This document shows, piece after piece, positions 30,207 through 41,475 of a DNA stretch of 64,000 bases; position 1 is the stretch's first letter; the number at the start of each line of letters is the position of its first letter. The DNA is from Myxococcales bacterium (GTDB lineage Bacteria > Myxococcota_A > Polyangia > Polyangiales > DASUME01), in assembly GCA_047601445.1 (NCBI GenBank), contig JASGJH010000001.1, positions 6,560,001 through 6,624,000 on the forward strand. The letters run 5' to 3'. A program made the position numbers and the translations under genes. The notes under the pieces were generated by a model. The model did no database searches. It saw only the letters and a program-made list of their open reading frames with translations, and was not told the origin of the DNA.

Positions 30207-30253
30207 GATGGCGAGCTTGTGGTTCGCCCCCCGGCACCCACAAGCTCGCCATC
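30207..30253. terminator. Perfect 16-bp inverted repeat between convergent genes
   Basis: GATGGCGAGCTTGTGG ... CCACAAGCTCGCCATC; no U-tract. Confidence 0.6.
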
Positions 30254-30287
30254 GCTCGAGCCCGCATGCTAGCGACCGAAAAACCGA

Positions 30288-30665
30288 TCAGGGCAAGGCG
30301 TGACGAATATGATCCTTGAGTTGGGCCGGACGAAAGGGTTTGGTGAGAAAACTGCTGGCGCCCAAGCCGAGGACTCGCTTGCGGGCGCCGTCTCCCTCGC
30401 TGCTCATGATGATCACGGGCAAACCCGGCCGCTCCCGACGCAGGCGCGCGAGCAACGCGTCGCCGCGCAGACGGGGCATGTTCATGTCGAGCAGGACAAC
30501 ATCAACAGAATAGTCGCGCAGCTTCTCCAGCGCCTCTTGGCCGTCACACGCCTCGGCCACTTCGTAGCCCCAACTGGCCAGCAGCGTGACACAAAGCCCG
30601 CGAAGCATGGGCTCGTCGTCGACTACTAAGATTCGCTGCACTTGTTCCTGACAGACCATCTGCAT
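30288..30665 (-). CDS. Single-domain response regulator (CheY-like)
   Basis: LVVDDE, LLDMNMP, LTKPF. Confidence 0.92.
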   Translation of the reverse strand: MQMVCQEQVQRILVVDDEPMLRGLCVTLLASWGYEVAEACDGQEALEKLRDYSVDVVLLDMNMPRLRGDALLARLRRERPGLPVIIMSSEGDGARKRVLGLGASSFLTKPFRPAQLKDHIRHALP

Positions 30666-30814
30666 CTGTCTGGTGGAATGCAGTTCCCCACCCCAATTCC
30701 TGAGAAAAAGTTGTCCACCTGGCAGTTTTTTCGCTGCCGGGGCGGAGTGCGTCGTTCAAGGACCTCGAAATTCCTGGGCAGAAGGCTCCAGGCGTGGCCA
30801 AGGTCGGCTAAATT

Positions 30815-31657
30815 CTAACTGCTTTCGGTGAGCCAACGCTCCAATGCAGACGCGATCGGGCCCCGCGCGATGTCGTCTTCCCGCAACACGTCGGTCGCTG
30901 CGCGCTTGAGCTCGTGTGGCGACTGAGGCATCGCGAAGGAGCGAGCGGCGTATTCGAACATAGACAGGTCGTTCAGCCAGTCACCGATCACGGCCGTGTT
31001 CTCGTGCTCGATTTCTAGACGCTGGGCTAGCTCGGAAAGCGCGGCGCCCTTGCTGGTCCCCTTGGCGAGTAGGCGAACCACCTGCGTTCCTCCGAGTTCG
31101 AAGCGGAACGTGTCGACGAGAGCTTCGTAGGGATGCAGGGCTTGCTCCACCTCGCTCACTGCGTCGGCTTCGCCAATTCCGAGCAACATGATCGCGTCGT
31201 CATTGCCGCGGAAGGCGCCGACCCGCAGGTCCTGGTGGGTCGTGACCTCGTGGGCCCAGCCGCGCACGAAGCTGTGATGGGCGGACCCCATTTGGCAGGT
31301 GTGGATAGCTTCGTGAGTGAAGACAAAGCTCGCGAGAGAGCCGCGCGCGAAGTGATCGAGGAGGGTTTGCGAGAGCTCGCGGTCCACCGCGCGTCGCGCC
31401 AGCACCCGTTCGGTGGTGCTGCAGGCGAGCACTCCGCCGTCCGCGCAGATCAGGGGAGCATCGAGCCCGAGCACGCGCGCGATGGGGTGTGTACGGCTCG
31501 TGAGCCTACCCGTGGCCAAGGTCACCACCACGCCCTGCTCGCGCGCGCGCTGGATGGCGGCCACATCGTTTGGGTGGATGGTGTCGCCAGGGATCAAGAG
31601 CGTGCCGTCGAGATCCGTGGCGAACAGCTTGTTCGGAGCGGGCCTACTCGTTGGCAT
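30815..31657 (-). CDS. Cof-type HAD-IIB phosphatase
   Basis: DLDGTL, ATGR, SKG, GDWLNDLSMF. Confidence 0.92.
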   Translation of the reverse strand: MPTSRPAPNKLFATDLDGTLLIPGDTIHPNDVAAIQRAREQGVVVTLATGRLTSRTHPIARVLGLDAPLICADGGVLACSTTERVLARRAVDRELSQTLLDHFARGSLASFVFTHEAIHTCQMGSAHHSFVRGWAHEVTTHQDLRVGAFRGNDDAIMLLGIGEADAVSEVEQALHPYEALVDTFRFELGGTQVVRLLAKGTSKGAALSELAQRLEIEHENTAVIGDWLNDLSMFEYAARSFAMPQSPHELKRAATDVLREDDIARGPIASALERWLTESS

Positions 31658-34581
31658 AGCCGAGAGCCTTCAGGCGCTCTTGAGCTGCTTTGTCCATGGC
31701 GAGGTCGACCTCGCGGGCTTTGAGTGCGCCGGTCTGCGCCTGGGTCGCGGCCTGCTCGAGCTCTTTCTCGGTGTTGCCGAGGAGCGGCTGGTCGGTGGGA
31801 GCGAGGTTCTTCAGTTCGGCGGCGTCGTTCTCGAGCTTGTACAGCTCGCGTTCGGCGAGGCCGCGCGGGTTGCCGGCGTTGGCACGGATGAGCTTCACGG
31901 TGCTGCCGCTCTGACGGGTGCGCAGGCTCGAGAGCACGTTGCCCTCGTGGCTTTCCTCGGCGAACGTCTGCTCCTTGCCGCGGAACAGGTCCACGCCCTG
32001 CACGGCGGGCGGCGTGGCCAGCTGCTTGAGACCGAGCAGAGTGGGCATGATGTCCACGGATTCCACCCAGTGCTTGATGGTGGTTCCTGCGCGGTCTCCC
32101 TTGGGGAGCTTCACGAACAAGGGCACGTGCAATTGCTCATCGTAGAGCGTGGTGCCGTGCCAGAAGCCCCCGTGCTCCATGAACTCCTCGCCGTGATCGG
32201 CCGTGACCACGATGGTGAGGTCGTCGTAGAGCCCGTGGCTCTTGAGGGACTTCACGAGTTGGCCAAAGTGCTCGTCCCAGTAGGTGATCTCCCCGTCGTA
32301 GAGCTTGCGGAGACGATCGGCCTCGCTCGGATCGGGCTTCACGTGGGCGGCGCGCGAATAGCCGACGCCGTTGTAAGGATGCTCGTAGTAGGGATCGTGG
32401 GGATCCATGAAGCCCACGAACAGAAACCAGGGGCCGCGCTGGTTGCGCTGCAAGAAGCCATCGAATCTCGCGGTTGACCACGCTCGCGTCCTGGTAGGCG
32501 GTGCCAGGCTCGCTGCGACCCAGGGCGGAGCGCGCTTTCTCGTCCACGCGCCGCAGCACCTGTAGCATCGAAAGCTTGGCCGAGGTGTCGCTCGCGCCGA
32601 ACAGGAAATTCGGCGGTAGATACCGGTAGTCGTGGAAGCCCTGCTGGAAGTTGAAGAAGGGGGCCACGTTGTAGTTGGTGACGATGCCACCGGTGGTGTA
32701 GCCGCCCTTGGAGAACGACTCCGCGATGGTGTCGACGGCGTCCGGCAAGCTGGCGGCCTTGGACATGACGCCGTGGCTCGACGCGTAGCGCCCGGTGAGC
32801 AACGAGGCGAAGCTAGGGCGCGTCCACGAGGCGTTGGCGTAGGCCTGTTCGAAGCGCACGGAGTCGCGCGCGAAGACATCGAGGTTGGGGGTCTTGCCGG
32901 CGGTGTAGCCGTAGCTCGGCACGTGATCCGCGCGCAGCGTGTCGACCACGATGAACAGCACGTTGCCGCGCGCGGCGCTCGCTCCGGACTGCTTGGGAGC
33001 GACGTTGGACGGGGCCGGACTGGCGCTCAGGCGCGGCACCGCGGCCAGGCCCACGACGGCGAGCACCAGCCCGAGCGAGCCTACCGGGCGCAACATGACG
33101 CGCAGCGGAGAGCGCTCGGTCAGCACGCGCAGCGCGAAGAACGAAAGCGCGTACACCAAGACACCGGCCGCCAGCGCGCCCGCCAGCACCAGCACGCCGT
33201 TGAGGCTCTTCCAGACCAGCTCCTCTTGATACACGTCGCGCTGCACGCGGAAGGCACCGATGATCACGGTGAACAGTCCGGCGATGCTGCCGGCAAAGTG
33301 CGCGAACGCGTGAGACTCAGGTAGGCGGGCGCGCTGCATCAAGCGGCCGCTGTAGGCCAGGGCGGCGCCCGCCGCGAGGCCCCCCAGGCCGCAACAAACG
33401 GCATAGGTCGCCGCGCCGAAGAACCACACGTCGGGCTCTGCCTGGCCGCGCGCCGCCGCCGCGATGGCCCACGCTTCGCCGAGTCCGACCAACAGACCCG
33501 CGAGCGCTCCAGCGCCCAGGCCGAGTGCCGCGCCGCGCGCCACCAGCGGCCACTCCGTCTCGGGTACGCGCTCGATGGTGTGGGCGACCATGTCCTCGCG
33601 CTCCGCGTCGTCGACGCGGATGTCAGGGCGATAGTCCGACCTGCGGCCCAACAGCACCAGACCACCCATCGACGAGATGACCATCTCGATGGCGAAGCCC
33701 AACACCGGAATCAGCACGGCGAGTTCGGGGGGCACGCCCACCATGGTGTACAGCGCGAGCGCCGCGGCCTCGCGCAAGCCCACGCCGTTGACGGAGAGCG
33801 GCAAGTGCGCGGTGAAGTTCTGCAGCACCGAGACGAACAGCAGCTCCGTGAGCGGCAGCTTCACGCCCAAGGCGTAGGCCGTGCAGATGTAGATGAACGC
33901 GTTGGATAGGTGATTGCCGATCCCGAGCAGCGTGCTCTGTGCGAGCAGGCCGGGCTGCCCCTCGTAGGCGCAGACGGCGTTGACCATGTTCTGCAAGCGC
34001 TGCGAGATGGCGTTGGGCAAGCGGCGCGCGACGATGCGCACGAGCTGCGGCCGCACCACGATGACGAACGCGACCGCCATCTGCGTGCCGAACAGCATCG
34101 CGAGTGCCGTGATGCCCTGTTCGCCAAAGTATCGGCGCCCGAAGAAGCAAGCCACGAAGGCCACGCTGCCGGCGGCCAGATTGCCGAGCACCATCTCGAC
34201 GCCGATGCTGGCCACCGCACGTGAGTTCTTGCCCGTGTGCCTGATGATCTCGATGAGGCGATAGCCCTGGAGCCCCAACCCCGCGGGCGTAACCGCTCCG
34301 AAGAAGCGGCCGATCATGAAGGTGTTGATCAGGTACCGCCACGGCGCGTGGATGCCCTGTCCTGTTAACAGACGCTGCCAACGCACGATGCCGCAGGTCA
34401 CCGCAGCGCACACCGAGAGCGTGGAAGCGACGAGCCAGGGCCAGCGCAGCTCGCTGAGGTGGGCGGTCAGCTTGTCAGCGTCCTGCTTCCCCCAAACCCT
34501 GACATAAATGAGATAGAGCACACCGACCGAGATTCCCAGCTTGAGCAGGAACCAGAGCCGCTTCTTGAGCGCCGGAGCCAT
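31644..34581 (-). CDS. Fusion of LPG-synthase-TM (flippase-like) domain, TM bundle and sulfatase-like hydrolase/transferase; +1 frameshift at about 32464
   Basis: N-terminal RWQRLL, GRFFGAVTP, PLSVNGVGLRE; C-terminal VDTLRADH, SWTRPS, MDPHDPY, YDGEI, ADHGEEF, HVPL; removing one base joins VVNREI to DGFLQRNQ. Confidence 0.85.
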
Positions 34582-34736
34582 GGCGTCTTGCACTAAACCG
34601 ACGCACAGTATCGGTCAAGTAACCGGGCCTGGATAGACGACGGCGGTCCGGGGCTGCTTACCGAGGGGGATCGCTCGAGCTACGCCGGGTCCCAAGATTG
34701 GGTAGGCGTGGCGCGACCGCCGACTTGGCCGAAGCC

Positions 34737-35204
34737 TCAGGAGATCATCTGGGCGAGGTAGTTCTCCTTGCCCACGTCCTTGATGATGTTGAGGTGTGCC
34801 TCCAGCTCGTCGGCGCTGTGCTCCTCGCCCTTGAGGATGCCGTCCAGCAGCTCGCGCGTACCGTTGTCGCCCTTGGAGCGGCACAGCTCGATCGCCTTGT
34901 TCAAGCGATCGATGGCGCCGGTCTCGAGGGCCAGGTCCAGCTGGTGCTGCTCCACCGGGTCCTCTCCGACGCGAACCGGGCTGTAGCGCTGCATGTTGGG
35001 CACGCCATCGAGGTACAGGATGCGCGCGATGATCGCGTCCGCGTCCTTCATCTCCTCGATCGATTCCTTGCGCTTCCAGTCATAGAGCTTCTTGTAGCCC
35101 CAGTTCTCGCACATCTTCGCGTGGATGTAGTACTGGTTGATGGCCGTGAGCTCGGCCGTCAGGATCTCGTTGAGCGCGTCGAGGATTTGGGGGTCGCCCT
35201 TCAT
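34737..35204 (-). CDS. bfr: Bacterioferritin
   Basis: MKGD...ELTAINQYYIH, ESIEEMK, RILYLDGVPN, EEH. Confidence 0.95.
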   Translation of the reverse strand: MKGDPQILDALNEILTAELTAINQYYIHAKMCENWGYKKLYDWKRKESIEEMKDADAIIARILYLDGVPNMQRYSPVRVGEDPVEQHQLDLALETGAIDRLNKAIELCRSKGDNGTRELLDGILKGEEHSADELEAHLNIIKDVGKENYLAQMIS

Positions 35205-35312
35205 GGTCTGTCTCCTGGTGCAGCGCTCCCGCCGGTTGCGCGCTGGTTAAGGCAGACGATACGCAGCCAAGCCGCCCGCATCAAGCAAAGATCCTCAATC
35301 AATTCAGGCAAC

Positions 35313-35327
35313 TGAAATCCCATTTCA
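35313..35327. promoter_or_regulatory. Putative Fur-type operator upstream of bfr
   Basis: Palindrome TGAAAT-CCC-ATTTCA in an AT-rich patch 109 bp upstream of the bfr start. Confidence 0.6.
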
Positions 35328-35406
35328 TCTGCTCGGGGGTCGCCTCCCTGGCGAGGGCTTCGAGTTTCTCGTGCGCCGAGACGAAGCCCCAAGTAGACAG
35401 TCGGCG

Positions 35407-35955
35407 ATGGGTCGACTCGTGGAGCTACGGACGGAACTCGAGCGGTACGCGGCGCCTTCGGACGCGCAGGAGCGCTCGCATCGCGAACGCATGTTGGCCC
35501 TGTGTTCCAGCTCCGGGGACCCCTTCTCACGCGATCATTTCGCGCCGGGTCATTTCACGGCCAGCGCCTTCGTCCTCTCGCCCGACCAGAGCGCGCTGCT
35601 CCTCATCTTTCACGGCAAGCTGCACCGCTGGCTGCAGCCCGGGGGCCACGTGGACGCATCGGACCTCGATATCTTGGGTGCCGCGCGTCGCGAGGTGCGC
35701 GAGGAGGTGGGGCTCTCGGATCTGCCACTGGCCAGACCCGGGATCTTCGATCTCGACATCCACGCCATCCCGCCTCTCAAGGCCGATCCGACCCACGAGC
35801 ACTTCGACGTACGCTTTCTCTTCCAGGCGTCCGATCTCGCGTTCCGCGCGGGCAGCGACGCCAAGGCTGCCCGCTGGGTGCCCCTCACCGAGATCAGCGA
35901 GGAGACCTCGGATCGCAGCGTGATGCGTGCAGTCGAGAAGCTGCGAGGGCGCTGA
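35407..35955 (+). CDS. NUDIX hydrolase
   Basis: GHFTASA, WLQPGGH, ARREVREEVG, HFDVRF. Confidence 0.9.
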   Translation: MGRLVELRTELERYAAPSDAQERSHRERMLALCSSSGDPFSRDHFAPGHFTASAFVLSPDQSALLLIFHGKLHRWLQPGGHVDASDLDILGAARREVREEVGLSDLPLARPGIFDLDIHAIPPLKADPTHEHFDVRFLFQASDLAFRAGSDAKAARWVPLTEISEETSDRSVMRAVEKLRGR

Positions 35956-35968
35956 GAAGGCGGTGGGC

Positions 35969-36451
35969 ATGGGCTTCGGGTCGCTGAAGTGGGTGGGCCT
36001 GTACGCGCTGGGTTGCGCGCTGCTCTCGCCTGGAGTCGTGCGCGCACAAGCCGCGGGCGAGCCCCCCGAGTCCGGGGCCACCCTGGAGGCCGAGGTTCCC
36101 GTGGGAAGTCTCTGGACCGACCCGTTCTCTTCGGAGATCCGTGTGCGCTACTACGAGGTGCTGCGGCGCTCGCCCAGCAAGGCTTTCTTGCTGGATCTGG
36201 CGCTGCCTGGCGCGGGCAGCGCGTACGTCGGCTTGTACGGGAACACGGTGGTGGCCTCCGTGTTGAGCGTGGCCGGAGCGAGCCTCTGGATCGCGGGTGC
36301 GGTGAAGCATCAGGACGCGTTGTGGTGGTCGGGGATGGGCGTGTTCGCAGGGGGCAGGGCCTATGGTCTGATCAGCGCTCCCGTCGGTGCTCGCTGGTTC
36401 AATGCGGCGCTGCAGGCGCACTTTGGGCTGCGCGAGATGGAGAGCGAGTGA
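35969..36451 (+). CDS. Hypothetical exported/membrane protein
   Basis: Signal peptide; LALPGAGSAYVG motif; hydrophobic helices. Confidence 0.6.
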   Translation: MGFGSLKWVGLYALGCALLSPGVVRAQAAGEPPESGATLEAEVPVGSLWTDPFSSEIRVRYYEVLRRSPSKAFLLDLALPGAGSAYVGLYGNTVVASVLSVAGASLWIAGAVKHQDALWWSGMGVFAGGRAYGLISAPVGARWFNAALQAHFGLREMESE

Positions 36452-36668
36452 GCCTCAATCGCTGAGGCACGCGGCCTTGCACCGCCGGGGCATCCGTGGC
36501 GAGCAGCGTTCGTGAGAGCAGCGGCCCCAGGTGAACGGGCGGGCTCGATTTCGAGCGCCATCTCCGTGTCTTGGTCCGAATCGCGAGCGACGCTCGAGGT
36601 CTTGCGGTGACTGGTCTGCGTCTTGCTCCGTTGGGCCCAAAGCTCAACGTAGAAAGGCGAATGTTCCC

Positions 36669-37502
36669 ATGGAGAACATCTTGGATATGACGAGTCTGGC
36701 GTTCGGGGGCGACGCCGTGAAGCGACTGAGCTCCGTCTTGCACGAATCCCCAAGCGCCACCCAGCGCGGTGTGGAGACGGCCTTGCCAGCGTCGCTCGCG
36801 AGTCTGGCGGCCTTTGCGTCGTCGGAGTCCAAGGCGGCCGAGCTATTGGGGGCTTTCCGCGGTGGCAACTATCCTCACATCGAAGCCACCGAGATCACGC
36901 GCATGGTGGGGGATTCGGCGGCCACCACGCGCCTCGCGCAGTCGGGCTCGGGGTTTTTGAGCCAGATGTTCGGCGGGAAGTTCAGCGGCATCGTCGAGGC
37001 TCTCGCAGGCCAGGCGGGCGTGAGTCGCTCGTCGGCCTCCACGCTGCTCGGACTCGCCGCGCCACTCGTCCTCAACGCCATCGGCAAGGAAACCCAGAGC
37101 CAGAACTTCGACGCCCGCGGGCTCTCGCGCTTCCTCGGCGACCAAGGGCGCAAAGTCAGTGGGCTGCTGCCCGGTCCGCTCTCGACCGCGCTCACCGCGC
37201 TGGGACCCGGCGTGGGCAGCGTGACGAGCATCGGCGCGGTCGAAGGCGCAGGCCAGCGCGTGCGTGAGGCGGGCGCAGGCTACGCCGAGCGAGTGTCCGA
37301 CGTCTCCGCGCGTCTGCCCGAGCTCGAGCCCCGCACCAACCCGATGTGGCTCATCTTGCCGCTGGCACTCCTCGCGCTGCTCGGTCTCTGGCTCTTCAAT
37401 CGCGCGCGCTCGCACGAGCGTCGCCTCGAGCCTGTCCCGGCGGAGCAGCGCTCCTACCAACAGACGCCCGACAACTCTGCCCCCTACCGGCCCAATCGCT
37501 GA
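36669..37502 (+). CDS. DUF937-family protein with C-terminal TM helix
   Basis: GFLSQMFG...AGVSRSSASTLLGLAAPLVL motif. Confidence 0.75.
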   Translation: MENILDMTSLAFGGDAVKRLSSVLHESPSATQRGVETALPASLASLAAFASSESKAAELLGAFRGGNYPHIEATEITRMVGDSAATTRLAQSGSGFLSQMFGGKFSGIVEALAGQAGVSRSSASTLLGLAAPLVLNAIGKETQSQNFDARGLSRFLGDQGRKVSGLLPGPLSTALTALGPGVGSVTSIGAVEGAGQRVREAGAGYAERVSDVSARLPELEPRTNPMWLILPLALLALLGLWLFNRARSHERRLEPVPAEQRSYQQTPDNSAPYRPNR

Positions 37503-37543
37503 CTCGCCGCACATCACGTGCGGCCCGCGCAGCTCGACTCCGC

Positions 37544-38485
37544 TCAGGGAAACTCGGCGGGCGTGAGGTGCGTGTCGCCGTGCGCGACGCGCTCCAGGCT
37601 GAAGTCCGCGAGCAGCTCGTCGGCGGAGATCTCCGTGCCCGCGGGGACGAGCCCTGCGGTCGCTGCGAGCCAACCCACGAGGGCCTCGGGACGCGTGCCG
37701 CGCGCGCGATATCCCGCCACGGGCTCCGCGCCGGAGCGTTTCGCCAAGCGCTTGCCATCGGGCCCCAGCAGCAAGGGCACGTGCACGAAGCTGGGCAGCT
37801 GGGCTCCTAGCGCCCGATACAGCGCGATTTGCCAGCCCGTGCAGCCCGCCAGGTCTGCGCCGCGCAAGACTTCGGTGATGCCCATCGCGATGTCGTCCAC
37901 CACCACCGCCAGCTGATAGCTGAAGAGGCCGTCGGCGCGGCGCAGCACGAAGTCTCCGCGCGCTTCAGGTTCAACACAGCCGAGGATGCCGTCGAGAAAG
38001 CTCGGCAAGGGCTCCGCCACGCGCAGGCGCAATGAACACGGAGCCTCCGGCCGCGCAGGCCCTAGGCGGCACGTGCCCGGATACGGTGGTCCGAACTCGG
38101 ACGGTCCATGGGGCGCGCTCGCCACGATTTCCTTGCGCGAGCAGCTGCAACGAAAGGTCAGCCCCCCGGCCGCCAGTTGCGCCAGCGCGGCCTCGTAGTG
38201 CGCCGAGCGCTGCGACTGCGTGTAGGGACCGAAAGGGCCCCCGACGTCGGGCCCCTCGTCCCACGTGATGCCCAGCCAGCGCAGGTCGTCGAGCAAGGCG
38301 TCGGCGGCGCCCGCGACGACCCGGGGGCCATCGATGTCTTCGATGCGGACCACGAACGCACCGCGCTCCGAGCGCGCGCGCAAGTAACCGAGCAGGGCTG
38401 TGCGCGCCAAGCCAAGGTGCAGCTGGCCGGTGGGGGAGGGGGCGAACCGTCCGCGGTAGCGCATGCGGGTCGGCGTCGAGTTCAT
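37544..38485 (-). CDS. gluQ: tRNA glutamyl-Q(34) synthetase
   Basis: GRFAPSPTGQLHLG, RIEDID, CSCSR, YQLAVVVDD, RLAKR; no anticodon-binding domain. Confidence 0.9.
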   Translation of the reverse strand: MNSTPTRMRYRGRFAPSPTGQLHLGLARTALLGYLRARSERGAFVVRIEDIDGPRVVAGAADALLDDLRWLGITWDEGPDVGGPFGPYTQSQRSAHYEAALAQLAAGGLTFRCSCSRKEIVASAPHGPSEFGPPYPGTCRLGPARPEAPCSLRLRVAEPLPSFLDGILGCVEPEARGDFVLRRADGLFSYQLAVVVDDIAMGITEVLRGADLAGCTGWQIALYRALGAQLPSFVHVPLLLGPDGKRLAKRSGAEPVAGYRARGTRPEALVGWLAATAGLVPAGTEISADELLADFSLERVAHGDTHLTPAEFP

Positions 38486-38599
38486 GGGGCCGGGGCGAAC
38501 ACCTATCACGAACCACACACGCCGGTCGAAGGGCCGTCGTGGCCCCACGGGGCGTCGAGTATTCCGGGACTGCCAGCCAGGTCGCCTATACTCACCCGC

Positions 38600-39064
38600 A
38601 TGGCGAGCACATCGGAGGCGCTCAGCAAAGTCGAGCTGTTCAGGGGACTCGCCCCGCACGGTCTCGACCGCGTGGCGAGCATCGCGACGGAGGAGGCATA
38701 TGGCCTCGGGCACACCCTATTTCGCGAAGGGGAGGTGGGAGACAAGCTGTACGTGATCCTTGAGGGGAAGGTCCGTATCTCCCGCCAGATTGCCGGCATG
38801 GGTGAAGAAGCGCTGGCGGTTCTGGGCAAGGGTTCAGCCTTCGGCGAGATGGCGTTGATCGACGACGTGCCCCGCAGCGCCGACGCCATCGTGCACGAGC
38901 GCGTGCGTCTGCTCGTCATCTCCAAGGAAGCCATGCAGGACCTGCTCTTCATCCACAAGGAGCTGGCCTACGAGATCCTCTGGAACATCGTGAGGATCCT
39001 GTCGTCGCGCCTGCGCGAGACCAACGACAAGATGACCTTCATGTCCGTCTCCGGAAAGTTTTGA
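38600..39064 (+). CDS. Stand-alone cyclic-nucleotide-binding protein
   Basis: LFREGEVGDKLYVILEG, FGEMALIDDVPRSA. Confidence 0.9.
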   Translation: MASTSEALSKVELFRGLAPHGLDRVASIATEEAYGLGHTLFREGEVGDKLYVILEGKVRISRQIAGMGEEALAVLGKGSAFGEMALIDDVPRSADAIVHERVRLLVISKEAMQDLLFIHKELAYEILWNIVRILSSRLRETNDKMTFMSVSGKF

Positions 39065-39362
39065 GCCCCGACGCTTCCACGCGCTCGCACTGCGAACTGC
39101 GGGCCTGCGTTTCGGTTTCGGACGCGTAAGAGGTCGGCAGTCGTGACGCGCTGAGTCGAGGTCAGCGAAAAAAAGTTGGCCGGCCGATCAAGATTTTTTG
39201 CGCCAGGGTGAGGCTAAATTGCTCCGGTGAGCGCCAGATCACTCGGCACCAGCCTGGGTTAGCCAAAGCGCCTCGTGATGACGAAGCCGAGCTCGTCCGC
39301 GGGCTCCAACGCGCGCGGCTCTCGAAGCCGCGTACAGCGTGGCAAGCCCATGCGGACGGCGT

Positions 39363-40307
<945 letters not shown>

Positions 40308-40645
40308 TTTGTCCTCGGGGGCTCGACCTTACCCAAAGCACACGATCACGCAATCAACGCTGCGCGTCATGAACGGCCCGCCTGCAGCAAGCGCTTTCCC
40401 CGGTCCCTGCTTGAGGTTGTCCCTTGGGCTAGCCGCACAGACCAACCTACGGAAGACCCCGTTTGAGGGGTGTTGATAAGGATTGGGGGGGCATTTTGCC
40501 ACATGAGTTAGCCCTGATTGGTCTGAGATTAGGTACGCAGCGATCGCACCTTCAGGTTGACACAGCTCCCAACACGGTTCTCAATAGCTCAACAGCGCTA
40601 TTCAGTCCCGGGGGGCGGGACGGCTAGCGCAGAACGGGGGAACCA

Positions 40646-41320
40646 GTGCTGCCGTTTCAGTTCCTAGATATGGTCGATGGTCTTACACGGTTGGATCCTG
40701 TTCGTACCTATCCGGTACGTGCTGGTGAGCTCGTCGCGCGGCTGTGCGGCGCCGACGGGTACATCGTCGAGCTCGAGGGCGGAGAGACCGTCACGAGCGA
40801 GGCAACGGGAGAGGGGCGTACTCGCATTGGGCTGCCACTGCGCTACGGGCGTCAGACCCTGGGCCAGGTGGTGTTGGTGTTGCCCGAGGGCAAGGATCGC
40901 CTGGAGCCGCACGACTTGCGCACCGCTCGCTGGGCGGCGCGCATCATGGGTCGCTGCTTGAGCTACGCAGCCCGCATGCGTCATGAACCCCGCAAGAACG
41001 GGCTCGAAGACGTCAGCGAGGCACTCCACAAGGCGCCGCTCACCCCACGTGAGCGCGACGTCGTGGCCCTGCTGATGTCCGGCGCTTCCACGCGTCAGAT
41101 TGCGTCCGAGACGCATCTCACGGTTGGGACCGTCCACACCTATCTCAAGCGCATCTACCCGAAGCTCGGCGTTCGCTCCAGGGTGGAGCTCGTGGCGCGC
41201 ATGATCGGAACCGACGGCTTGGTCTTCGGTAGCCAGAGCGGGGACAGGGAATCGCGCAGTCACGCTTCTGCTTCCATCTCTTCGATTCCTGCTTCTGCTG
41301 CCACCGACTCGATGAATTGA
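40646..41320 (+). CDS. LuxR-type HTH regulator with small GAF-like N-terminal domain
   Basis: LTPRERDV...GASTRQIA...TVHTYLKRIYPKLGVRSR. Confidence 0.88.
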   Translation: MLPFQFLDMVDGLTRLDPVRTYPVRAGELVARLCGADGYIVELEGGETVTSEATGEGRTRIGLPLRYGRQTLGQVVLVLPEGKDRLEPHDLRTARWAARIMGRCLSYAARMRHEPRKNGLEDVSEALHKAPLTPRERDVVALLMSGASTRQIASETHLTVGTVHTYLKRIYPKLGVRSRVELVARMIGTDGLVFGSQSGDRESRSHASASISSIPASAATDSMN

Positions 41321-41475
41321 GAGGCACCCGGGACCTTGGGCGCGAGCGCCCTGTCCCGATCGCACGATTGACCTGGACCGCTTCACGAAGGGGAACACGC
41401 AGCGCGGGCGCCTGCGTGCAGACAGCGAGAGCCGCCGTTCGAGGCTGAGAGCTCTCTTCGTGCTAGTCGTGGGCC

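Noticed and set aside
35201..35282. Short ORF containing IVCLN upstream of bfr as a possible bfd
   Set aside because: Lacks the CxC...CxxC ligands of Bfd
39220..39360. Possible tRNA or known ncRNA
   Set aside because: No TTCGA T-loop with a matching acceptor stem or CCA end could be built
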